A stretch of 64,000 bases of DNA. Source: the human T2T-CHM13v2.0 reference genome, Homo sapiens. The stretch is taken from the NCBI RefSeq assembly GCF_009914755.1, contig NC_060945.1; one strand, written 5' to 3'. A program made the position numbers and the translations under genes. Below, in pieces: positions 1 to 20,492 of this stretch. The notes beneath the pieces were generated by a model. That model had not been told where the DNA came from. It worked only from the letters and a program-made list of their open reading frames with translations, and did no database searches. Each line of letters begins with the position of its first letter. Position 1 is the stretch's first letter.

Positions 1-363
1 GCGTGGGCTTGGAATCACGACCGCTCGGGAGACTGGGGCGGGCGACTTGTTCCAACCGGGGAGGCCGAGGTTGCGATGAGCTGAGATCGTGCCGTGGCGA
101 TGCGGCCTGGATGACGGAGCGAGACCCCGTCTCGAGAGAATCATGATGTTATTATAAGATGAGTTGTGCGCGGTGATGGCCGCCTGTAGTCGCGGCTACT
201 CGGGAGGCTGAGACGAGGAGAAGATCACTTGAGGCCCCACAGGTCGAGGCTTCGGTCGGCCGTGACCCACTGTATCCTGGGCAGTCACCGGTCAAGGAGA
301 TATGCCCCTTCCCCGTTTGCTTTTCTTTTCTTCCCTTCTCTTTTCTTCTTTTTGCTTCTCTTT

Positions 364-395
<32 letters not shown>

Positions 396-1213
396 TTTCT
401 TTTTCTCTCTTCCCCTCTTTCTTTCCTGCCTTCCTGCCTTTCTTCTTTTCTTCTTTCCTCCCTTCCTCCCTTCCTTCTTTCCTCCCGCCTCAGCCTCCCA
501 AAGTGCTGGGATGACTGGCGGGAGGCACCATGCCTGCTTGGCCCAAAGAGACCCTCTTGGAAAGTGAGACGCAGAGAGCGCCTTCCAGTGATCTCATTGA
601 CTGATTTAGAGACGGCATCTCGCTCCGTCACCCCGGCAGTGGTGCCGTCGTAACTCACTCCCTGCAGCGTGGACGCTCCTGGACTCGAGCGATCCTTCCA
701 CCTCAGCCTCCAGAGTACAGAGCCTGGGACCGCGGGCACGCGCCACTGTGCCCACACCGTTTTTAATTGTTTTTTTTTCCCCCGAGACAGAGTTTCACTC
801 TCGTGGCCTAGACTGCAGTGCGGTGGCGCGATCTTGGCTCACCGCAACCTCTGCCTCCCGGTTTCAAGCGATTCTCCTGCATCGGCCTCCTGAGTAGCCG
901 GGATTGCGGGCATGCGCTGCCACGTCTGGCTGATTTCGTATTTTTAGTGGAGACGGGGCTTCTCCATGTCGATCGGGCTGGTTTCGAACTCCCGACCTCA
1001 GGTGATCCGCCCTCCCCGGCCTCCGGAAGTGCTGGGATGACAGGCGTGAGCCACCGCGCCCGGCCTTCATTTTTAAATGTTTTCCCACAGACGGGGTCTC
1101 ATCATTTCTTTGCAACCCTCCTGCCCGGCGTCTCAAAGTGCTGGCGTGACGGGCGTGAGCCACTGCGCCTGGACTCCGGGGAATGACTCACGACCACCAT
1201 CGCTCTACTGATC

Positions 1214-1268
<55 letters not shown>

Positions 1269-1330
1269 GATGAATTATCTTATGATTTATTTGTGTACTT
1301 ATTTTCAGACGGAGTCTCGCTCTGGGCGGG
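1..1330. mobile_element. Cluster of diverged Alus and fragments (sense 1-133 and ~156-300; antisense ~480-545, ~608-755, 784-1,065, ~1,089-1,172) with TTTC tracts
   Basis: Alu signatures CCTCCCAAAGTGCTGGG, GAGACAGAGTTTCACTCT, CTACTCGGGAGGCTGAG. Confidence 0.85.
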
Positions 1331-1817
1331 GCGAGGCGAGGCGAGGCACAGCGCATCGCTTTGGAAGCCGCGGCAACGCCTTTCAAAGCCCCATTCGTAT
1401 GCACAGAGCCTTATTCCCTTCCTGGAGTTGGAGCTGATGCCTTCCGTAGCCTTGGGCTTCTCTCCATTCGGAAGCTTTGACAGGCGCAACCCCACCCAGA
1501 GGCTGGCTGCGGCTGAGGATTAGGGGGTGTGTTGGGGCTGAAAACTGGGTCCCCTATTTTTGATACCTCAGCCGACACATCCCCCGACCGCCATCGCTTG
1601 CTCGCCCTCTGAGATCCCCCGCCTCCACCGCCTTGCAGGCTCACCTCTTACTTTCATTTCTTCCTTTCTTGCGTTTGAGGAGGGGGTGCGGGAATGAGGG
1701 TGTGTGTGGGGAGGGGGTGCGGGGTGGGGACGGAGGGGAGCGTCCTAAGGGTCGATTTAGTGTCATGCCTCTTTCACCACCACCACCACCACCACCGAAG
1801 ATGACAGCAAGGATCGG

Positions 1818-2088
1818 CTAAATACCGCGTGTTCTCATCTAGAAGTGGGAACTTACAGATGACAGTTCTTGCATGGGCAGAACGAGGGGGACCGGGGACG
1901 CGGAAGTCTGCTTGAGGGAGGAGGGGTGGAAGGAGAGACAGCTTCAGGAAGAAAACAAAACACGAATACTGTCGGACACAGCACTGACTACCCGGGTGAT
2001 GAAATCATCTGCACACTGAACACCCCCGTCACAAGTTTACCTATGTCACAATCTTGCACATGTATGCTTGAACGACAAATAAAAGTTA
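1818..2088 (+). mobile_element. Old primate L1 3'-end fragment (L1PA15-17/L1PB-like); second copy at ~6,255-6,523
   Basis: AAATACCGCGTGTTCTCA, GGGTGATGAAATCATCTG, CAAGTTTACCTATGT, TGCACATGTA, AAATAAAAGTT resemble the L1 3'UTR terminus; followed by a (GA)n tail. Confidence 0.7.
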
Positions 2089-2288
2089 GGGGGGAGAAGA
2101 GAGGAGAGAGAGAGAGAGAGAGAGACAGAGAGAGACAGAGAGAGAGAGAGAGGAGGGAGAGAGAAAACGAAACACCACCTCCTTGACCTGAGTCAGGGGG
2201 TTTCTGGCCTTTTGGGAGAACGTTCAGCGACAATGCAGTATTTGGGCCCGTTCTTTTTTTTTCTTCTTCTTTTCTTTCTTTTTTTTTG

Positions 2289-5930
<3,642 letters not shown>

Positions 5931-6184
5931 AGACACCCCCGTGCCGGGTAGGGCCCTGCCCCTTCCACGAAAGTGAGAAGCGCGTGCTTCGGTGCTTAGA
6001 GAGGCCGAGAGGAATCTAGACAGGCGGGCCTTGCTGGGCTTCCCCACTCGGTGTATGATTTCGGGAGGTCGAGGCCGGGTCCCCGCTTGGATGCGAGGGG
6101 CATTTTCAGACTTTTCTCTCGGTCACGTGTGGCGTCCGTACTTCTCCTATTTCCCCGATAAGCTCCTCGACTTCAACATAAACG

Positions 6185-10643
<4,459 letters not shown>

Positions 10644-10649
10644 TGTTAA

Positions 10650-10853
10650 GGCCGGACGCAACACGGCGAAACCCCGTCTCTACTAAAAATACAAAGCTGA
10701 GTCGGGAGCGGTGGGGCAGGCCCCTGTAATGCCAGCTCCTCGGGAGGCTGAGGCGGGAGAATCGCTTGAACCAGGGAAGCGGAGGCTGCAGGGAGCCGAG
10801 ATCGCGCCACTGCACTACGGCCCAGGCTGTAGAGTGAGTGAGACTCGGTCTCT
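10650..10853 (+). mobile_element. Alu with a large left-arm deletion
   Basis: GGCCGGACG joined directly to CAACACGGCGAAACCCCGTCTCTACTAAAAATACAAA, followed by the right arm. Confidence 0.85.
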
Positions 10854-12047
10854 AAATAAATACGGAAATTAATTAATTCATTAATTCTTTTCCCTGCTGA
10901 CGGACATTTGCAGGCAGGCATCGGTTGTCTTCGGGCATCACCTAGCGGCCACTGTTATTGAAAGTCGACGTGACACGGAGGGAGGTCTCGCCGACTTCAC
11001 CGAGCCTGGGGCAACGGGTTTCTCTCTCTCCCTTCTGGAGGCCCCTCCCTCTCTCCCTCGTTGCCTAGGGAACCTCGCCTAGGGAACCTCCGCCCTGGCG
11101 GGGGCCCTATTGTTCTTTGATCGGCGCTTTACTTTTCTTTGTGTTTTGGCGCCTAGACTCTTCTACTTGGGCTTTGGGAAGGGTCAGTTTAATTTTCAAG
11201 TTGCCCCCCGGCTCCCCCCACTACCCACGTCCCTTCACCTTAATTTAGTGAGTCGGTTAGGTGGGTTTCCCCCAAACCGCCCCCCCCCCCCCCCGCCTCC
11301 CAACACCCTGCTTGGAAACCTTCCAGAGCCACCCCGGTGTGCCTCCGTCTTCTCTCCCCTTCCCCCACCCCTTGCCGGCGATCTCATTCTTGCCAGGCTG
11401 ACATTTGCATCGGTGGGCGTCAGGCCTCACTCGGGGGCCACCGTTTTTGAAGATGGGGGCGGCACGGTCCCACTTCCCCGGAGGCAGCTTGGGCCGATGG
11501 CATAGCCCCTTGACCCGCGTGGGCAAGCGGGCGGGTCTGCAGTTGTGAGGCTTTTCCCCCCGCTGCTTCCCGCCTCAGGCCTCCCTCCCTAGGAAAGCTT
11601 CACCCTGGCTGGGTCTCGGTCACCTTTTATCACGATGTTTTAGTTTCTCCGCCCTCCGGCCAGCAGAGTTTCACAATGCGAAGGGCGCCACGGCTCTAGT
11701 CTGGGCCTTCTCAGTACTTGCCCAAAATAGAAACGCTTTCTGAAAACTAATAACTTTGCTCACTTAAGATTTCCAGGGACGGCGCCTTGGCCCGTGTTTG
11801 TTGGCTTGTTTTGTTTCGTTCTGTTTTGTTTTGTTCGTGTTTTTCCTTTCTCGTATGTCTTTCTTTTCAGGTGAAGTAGAAATCCCCAGTTTTCAGGAAG
11901 ACGTCTATTTTCCCCAAGACACGTTAGCTGCCGTTTTTTCCTGTTGTGAACTAGCGCTTTTGTGACTCTCTCAACGTGCAGTGAGAGCCGGTTGATGTTT
12001 ACTATCCTTCATCATGACATCTTATTTTCTAGAAATCCGTAGGCGAA

Positions 12048-12135
12048 TGCTGCTGCTGCTCTTGTTGCTGTTGTTGTTGTTGTTGTTGTCGTCGTTGCTG
12101 TTGTCGTTGTCGTTGTTGTTGTCGTTGTCGTTGTT
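12048..12135 (+). repeat. (GCT/GTT/GTC)n trinucleotide tract
   Basis: Direct reading. Confidence 0.9.
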
Positions 12136-12219
12136 TTCAAAGTATACCCCGGCCACCGTTTATGGGATCAAAAGCATTATAAAATATGTGTGATTATTTC
12201 TTGAGCACGCCCTTCCTCC

Positions 12220-12808
12220 CCCTCTCTCTGTCTCTCTGTCTGTCTCTGTCTCTCTCTTTCTCTGTCTGTCTTCTCTCTCTCTCTCTCTCTGTGTCTCTCT
12301 CTCTCTGCCTGTCTGTTTCTCTCTCTCTGCCTCTCTCTCTCTCTCTCTCTCTGCCTGTCTCTCTCACTGTGTCTGTCTTCTGTCTTACTCCCTTTCTCTG
12401 TCTGTCTGTCGGTCTCTCTCTCTCTCTCTCCCTGTCTGTATGTTTCTCTCTGTCTCTGTCTCTCTCTCTCTTTCTGTTTCTCTCTCTCCGTCTCTGTCTT
12501 TCTCTGACTGTCTCTCTCTTTCCTTCTCTCTGTCTCTCTCTGCCTGTCTCTCTCACTCTGTCTTCTGTCTTACTCTCTCTCTCTGCCTGCCTGTCTCTCT
12601 CACTCTCTCTCTCTGTGTGTCTCTCTCTCTCTTTCTGTTTCTCTCTGTCTCTCTGTCCGTCTCTGTCTTTCTCTGTCTGTCTCTTTGTCTGTCTGTCTTT
12701 GTCTTTCCTTCTCTCTGTCTCTGTCTCTCTCACTGTGTCTGTCTTCTGTCTTAGTCTCTCTCTCTCTCTCTCCCTGTCTGTCTGTCTCTCTCTCTCTCTC
12801 CCCCTGTC

Positions 12809-12851
<43 letters not shown>

Positions 12852-13380
12852 TTGTCTTTCTTTCTGTCTCTGTCTCTCTCTCTCTCTCTGTGTGTCTGTC
12901 TTCTGTCTTACTGTCTTTCTCTGCCTGTCTGTCTGTCTGTCTCTCTCTGTCTGTCTCTCTCTCTCTCTCCCCCCTGTCGGCTGTTTCTCTGTCTCTGTCT
13001 GTGTCTCTCTTTCTGTCTGTTTCTCTCTGTCTGTCTTTCTCTCTCTGTCTCTTTCTCTCTGTCTCTCTGTCTGTCTCTGTCTCTCTCTCTGTCTCTCTCT
13101 CTCTGTGGGGGTGTGTGTGTGTGTGTGTATGTGTGTGTGTGTGTGTGTGTGTGTCTGCCTTCTGTCTTACTCTCTTTCTCTGCCTGTCTGTCTGCCTGTC
13201 TGTTTGTCTCTCTCTCTCTGCCTGTCTCTCTCCCTTCCTGTCTGTTTCTCTCTCTTTCTGTTTCTCTCTGTCTCTGTCCATCTCTGTCTTTCTCCGTCTG
13301 TCTCTTTATCTGTCTCTCTCTCTCTTTCTGTCTTTCTCTCTCTGTGTATCGTTGTCTCTCTCTGTCTGTCTCTGTCTCTG

Positions 13381-13413
<33 letters not shown>

Positions 13414-13468
13414 GTCTGTCTGTCCGTCTGTCTGTCTCGGTCTCTGGCTCTCGCTATCTCCCGCCCTC
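12220..13468 (+). repeat. Third CT-rich block, with a (GT)n insert at ~13,111-13,154
   Basis: Same TCTTCTGTCTTAC anchor motif as the Long-repeat blocks. Confidence 0.95.
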
Positions 13469-14756
13469 TCTTTTTTTGCAAAAGAAGCTCAAGTACATCT
13501 AATCTAATCCCTTACCAAGGCCTGAATTCTTCACTTCTGACATCCCAGATTTGATCTCCCTACAGAATGCTGTACAGAACTGGCGAGTTGATTTCTGGAC
13601 TTGGATACCTCATAGAAACTACATATGAATAAAGATCCAATCCTAAAATCTGGGGTGGCTTCTCCCTCGACTGTCTCGAAAAATCGTACCTCTGTTCCCC
13701 TAGGATGCCGGAAGAGTTTTCTCAATGTGCATCTGCCCGTGTCCTAAGTGATCTGTGACCGAGCCCTGTCCGTCCTGTCTCAAATATGTACGTGCAAACA
13801 CTTCTCTCCATTTCCACAACTACCCACGGCCCCTTGTGGAACCACTGGCTCTTTGAAAAAAATCCCAGAAGTGGTTTTGGCTTTTTGGCTAGGAGGCCTA
13901 AGCCTGCTGAGAACTTTCCTGCCCAGGATCCTGTGTGACCAAAAGTGCCTCTGCTGGGAGCTGGGATCCTCGGGACCATGCTTGCTAGCGCTGGATGAGT
14001 CTCTGGAAGGACGCACGGGACTCCGCAAAGCTGACCTGTCCCACCGAGGTCAAATGGATACCTCTGCATTGGCCCGAGGCCTCCGAAGTACATCACCGTC
14101 ACCAACCGTCACCGTCAGCATCCTTGTGAGCCTGCCCAAGGCCCCGCCTCCGGGGAGACTCTTGGGAGCCCGGCCTTCGTCGGCTAAAGTCCAAAGGGAT
14201 GGTGACTTCCACCCACAAGGTCCCCACTGAACGGCGAAGATGTGGAGCGTAGGTCAGAGAGGGGACCAGGAGGGGAGACGTCCCGACAGGCGACGAGTTC
14301 CCAAGGCTCTGGCCACCCCACCCACGCCCCACGCCCCACGTCCCGGGCACCCGCGGGACACCGCCGCTTTATCCCCTCCTCTGTCCACAGCCGGCCCCAC
14401 CCCACCACGCAACCCACGCACACACGCTGGAGGTTCCAAAACCACACGGTGTGACTAGAGCCTGACGGAGCGAGAGCCCATTTCACGAGGTGGGAGGGGT
14501 GGGGGTGGGGTGGGTTGGGGGTTGTGGGGTCTGTGGCGAGCCCGATTCTCCCTCTTGGGTGGCTACAGGCTAGAAATGAATATCGCTTCTTGGGCGGAGG
14601 GGCTTCCTTAGGCCATCACCGCTTGCGGGACTACCTCTCAAACCCTCCCTTGAGGCCACAAAATAGATTCCACCCCACCCATCGACGTTTCCCCCGGGTG
14701 CTGGATGTATCCTGTCAAGAGACCTGAGCCTGACACCGTCGAATTAAACACCTTGA

Positions 14757-14981
<225 letters not shown>

Positions 14982-15026
14982 TAGATTCGAGCCACACCTC
15001 ATTCCGTGCCACAGAGAGACTTCTTT

Positions 15027-18000
15027 TTTTTTTTTTTTTTAAGCGCAACGCAACATGTCTGCCTTATTTGAGTGGCTTCCTATATCATTATAATTGTGTT
15101 ATAGATGAAGAAACGGTATTAAACACTGTGCTAATGATAGTGAAAGTGAAGACAAAAGAAAGGCTATCTATTTTGTGGTTAGAATAAAGTTGCTCAGTAT
15201 TTAGAGCTACCTAAATACGTCAGCATTTACACTCTTCCTAGTAAAAGCTGGCCAATCTGAATAATCCTCCTTTAAACAAACACAATTTTTGATAGGGTTA
15301 AGATTTTTTTAAGAATGCGACTCCTGCAAAATAGCTGAACAGACGATACACATTTAAAAAAATAACAACACAAGGATCAACCAGACTTGGGAAAAAATCG
15401 AAAACCACACAAGTCTTATGAAGAACTGAGTTCTTAAAATAGGACGGAGAACGTAGCTATCGGAAGAGAAGGCAGTATTGGCAAGTTGATTGTTACGTTG
15501 GTCAGCAGTAGCTGGCACTATCTTTTTGGCCATCTTTCGGGCAATGTAACTACTACAGCAAAATGAGATATGATCCATTAAACAACATATTCGCAAATCA
15601 AAAAGTGTTTCAGTAATATAATGCTTCAGATTTAGAAGCAAATCAAATGATAGAACTCCACTGCTGTAATAAGTCACCCCAAAGATCACCGTATCTGACA
15701 AAATAACTACCACAGGGTTATGACTTCAGAATCATACTTTCTCTTGATATTTACTTATGTATGTATTTATTTTTTTTAATTTATTTCTCTTGAGACGGCG
15801 TCTCGCTCTGTCGCCCAGGCTGGAGTGCGATGGTGTGATCTCGGCTCACTGCAACCGCCACCTCCCTGGGTTCAAGCGATTCTCCTGCCTCAGCCTCCCG
15901 AGTAGCTGGGACTACAGGTGCCCGCCACCACGCCCAGCTAATCTTTATACTTTTAATAGAGACGGGGTTTCACCGTGTCGGCCCGGATGGTCTCGATCTC
16001 TTGACCTCGTGACCCGCCCGCCTCGGCCTCCCAAAGTGCTGGGATGACAGGCGTGAGCCACTGAGCCCGGCCTTCTCTTGACGTTTAAACTATGAAGTCA
16101 GTCCAGAGAAACGCAATAAATGTCAACGGTGAGGATGGTGTTGAGGCAGAAGTAGGACCACACTTTTTCCTATCTTATTCAGTTGATAACAATATGACCT
16201 AGGTAGTAATTTCCTATGTGCCTACTTATACACGAGTACAAAAGAGTAAAACAGAGAGACTGCTAAATTAAAGGGTACGTGAAGTTCTTCATAGTAACTC
16301 CGTAAACTGGAACACTGTCAAAAAGCAGCAGCTAGTGAATTGTTTCCATGTATTTTTCTATGATCCAATAAGTGAACTATGCTATTCCTTTCCAGTCTCC
16401 CAAGCACTTCTTGTCCCCATCACCACTTCGGTGCTCGAAGAAAAAGTAACAAATCAAGGAACACAACTAAAGAAACACACACACAAACCAAAGACAACTA
16501 CAGCGTCTGCAAAAGTTTGCTAGAAGACTGAAACTGTTGAGTATAAGGATCTGGTATTCTACGATCATGAGTTCACTTCAGAGTTTGTTCAAGACATACG
16601 TTTCGTAAGGAAACATCTTAGTTAGAAGTTATTCAGCAGTAGGTACCATCCCTAAGTATTTTTCACCAAATTCGTGACAATAAAGAGCTATCTAACCAGA
16701 AAAATTAGCGAGTACCGGCACCATCCATAGGGCTTTGTCTTTACGCTTCATTAGCACTTACCATGCCTTACAATGTCTAGGATTGACCCTGATAGCATTT
16801 CGAAAACAAGCTAATGCTTTGTCCAGTTCTTCAGTGAAGACAAGCTCACGCCCTAATGCGCTATAGGCATAAGCATCATTTGGATCCACTTCGAGAGTTC
16901 TCTGGAAGAATTGAATCGCAATATCGTGTTCCCGTTGCAGACCGAAACAGTTCCCTGCAGCACACCAGGCCTCTGGCTGGCGAATTTTTATCCATGTCTG
17001 TGAAGTCTTTGGACAGAACTGAAAGAGCAACCTCTTTCGGAGGATGCCAAAGTGTTGTAGAGTAGATCTCCATGCCTTCGACTCTGTAATTCTCAATCCT
17101 CCTAACCTCTGAGAATTGTCTTTCAGCTTGCGTGGACTCTGAAAGTTTACAATAGGCCCTTCCGATTTGGCACAGTACCCAACCGGTATTGCGGTGGTGA
17201 GAAGCTAGATGGCTCAAGATGCTGATAGCTTCTTTGCCGTGGTAAGAACACAAAGCTAAATAACCTTTCCCCCTTTCACGAAGAAGGCTCATCAAGCCTT
17301 CCGCTGCTGCTTTTTGTAGATTAAAAGCCTGAATCTGAGGCGCGATTGCGGCTATTTTCCCTTCTGAAATGACGGAAGAGTCCAATTTTGTCACTTCCAG
17401 GCTATCACTTATGTTCGGTGGAGTTATTGCTCCTTTATTAGTTTTACTTTTGGTTCTTCTGTTTGGGATTTTAGGTGGAAACTTCATTTTTAATTTTCTC
17501 CTATTCTCCTCGGTTGTGGAGCTGTCACTAGTCAAGAGTCGTGAATGTCTTCGAGGCGGTGCATTTGGGGGAGATGCCATAGTGGGGCTCAATACCTGAG
17601 GTGTTGCCCTTGTCGGCGGACCAGAACTTTGTGTTTTTGCAAGGACTGGAGTTACCTTTCGGCTCTTTCCCCTCTGCGAGAAGACAGACGGTGTTCCGGT
17701 TTGGCCGATTCTGGCAACAGGCTTTTTTGAAGGGGCTCCGGTGGATGGCACGTCAATGACAGACGGTGTCTCATACCAGTGCAGTTTTGTCAATAGGGTC
17801 CGTCTCCGGGACTTGGGGTTTCTAATGGCAAAATGCCAACACTTGGGGTTAATGGACTAACAGCTGCTGGTCCTCCTAATAAACTTCGACCAGTTTTTGG
17901 TTTATGTTGAACCTGTTTAGATCATATGGAAGTTCCTGTTCCCAGTGGGACAGTATCAGGTGAAAGGACAGCTGAATCGATAGAAGACACTGGGGAGTCT

Positions 18001-18819
18001 GTATTCAAGGAGTACTTTGAATTGGAAGATTCTAAATTCCATCCGTTTCATTCGACGGTGTCCTGGGGTGTTTCCGTAAGAACGGTCTCGGGCTGTCTGT
18101 GACATAAACTAGGACGAGGTCCAAGTGTTGTGGCGCAACACTTGGACAGGCAGTTGCTAAAGCTCTCTAGAGAGGTGAATCAAAATGTTTGGTCAGGATC
18201 TGGCTTTTCCCCCCTATTTCACATCATGATTCAAAGGGACACCAGAGGAAAGGATTTCAACGAAGGCTCTTTTGGTCACATTCTGATCCTTTGGTAAGCC
18301 GATCTGTCTTGCAATATACATGTCCCGACGATGGAAGGGGAAAGCGAGCTGAATCACCAAACTCAGGAACGATAATATCATCGTGGCTTTTCTGCTTATG
18401 AAACACTCCACCCGATAAGATTTGATCCCCTTCTGCAAGCTTGCTGAGATCAACACAACATTTCGCAAGCAGGCATTTGCATTGCGGGGTAGTACAACTG
18501 TGTCCTTTCAAGAGTCTATATGTTTTATAGGCCTTTCCTGAGCGGTAAGAACAGGTCGCCAGTAAGAACAAGGCTTCTTCTGAGTGTACTTCTGCATAAA
18601 GGCGTTCTGCGGGGGAAACCGCATCTCGGTAGGCATAGTGGTTTAGTGCTTGCCATATAGCAGCCTGGACGGGTCCCTGCAGCACCGCCATCCTCGAGGC
18701 TCAGGCCCACTTTCTGCAGTGCCACAGGCACCCCCCCCCCCCATAGCGGCTCCGGCCCGGCCAGCCCCGGCTCATTTAAAGGCACCAGCCGCCGTTACCG
18801 GGGGATGGGGGAGTCCGAG
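15027..18819 (-). pseudogene. CDC27P: CDC27 (APC3) processed pseudogene: 5'UTR, disabled CDS 18,691-16,762, intron-like 3' tail and poly(A)
   Basis: Translations MAVLQGPVQAAIWQALNHYAYRDA, KMKFPPKIPNR, AFNLQKAAAEGLMSLLRE, EAWCAAGNCF, LDKALACFRNAIRVNPRH match CDC27; several stops and frameshifts; T17 at 15,024-15,040; TSD at 15,011-15,026 and 18,820-18,835. The CDS part is secure, the 3' extension is inferred. Confidence 0.92.
15754..16072 (-). mobile_element. AluSc-like element inside the 3' tail of the CDC27 retrocopy
   Basis: GGTCTCGATCTCTTGACCTCGTGA; TSD TTCTCTTGA(TA/CG)TTTA at 15,739-15,753 and 16,073-16,087. Confidence 0.88.
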
Positions 18820-19344
18820 ACAGAATGACTTCTTTATCCTGCTGACTCTGGAAAGCCCGGCGCCTTGTGATCCATTGCAAACCGAGAGTCACCTCGTGTT
18901 TAGAACACGGATCCACTCCCAAGTTCAGTGGGGGGATGTGAGGGGTGTGGCAGGTAGGACGAAGGACTCTCTTCCTTCTGATTCGGTCTGCACAGTGGGG
19001 CCTAGGGCTGGAGCTCTCTCCGTGCGGACCGCTGACTCCCTCTACCTTGGGTTCCCTCGGCCCCACCCTGGAACGCCGGGCCTTGGCAGATTCTGGCCCT
19101 TCCTGGCCCTTCAGTCGCTGTCAGAAACCCCATCTCATGCTCGGATGCCCCGAGTGACTGTGGCTCGCACCTCTCCGGAAACATTGGAAATCTCTCCTCT
19201 ACGCGCGGCCACCTGAAACCACAGGAGCTCGGGACACACGTGCTTTCGGGAGAGAATGCTGAGAGTCTCTTGCCGACTCTCTCTTGACTTGAGTTCTTCG
19301 TGGGTGCGTGGTTAAGACGTAGTGAGACCAGATGTATTAACTCA

Positions 19345-20492
<1,148 letters not shown>

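Noticed and set aside
1749-1760. GGGTCGATTTAG at the start of each Long repeat as a terminator
   Set aside because: Only 7 consecutive bases match the 11-bp Sal box and the CCAG end is lost; too weak without binding data.
13470-14480. Unique IGS segment with several 80-160 aa ORFs
   Set aside because: No recognisable protein or repeat similarity by eye; left unassigned pending a Dfam/BLAST search.
16876-17793. 305-aa CDC27-like ORF as a functional retrogene
   Set aside because: Begins at a non-ATG codon out of the parental frame, is frameshifted at both ends, follows several upstream stops and carries many non-conservative substitutions.
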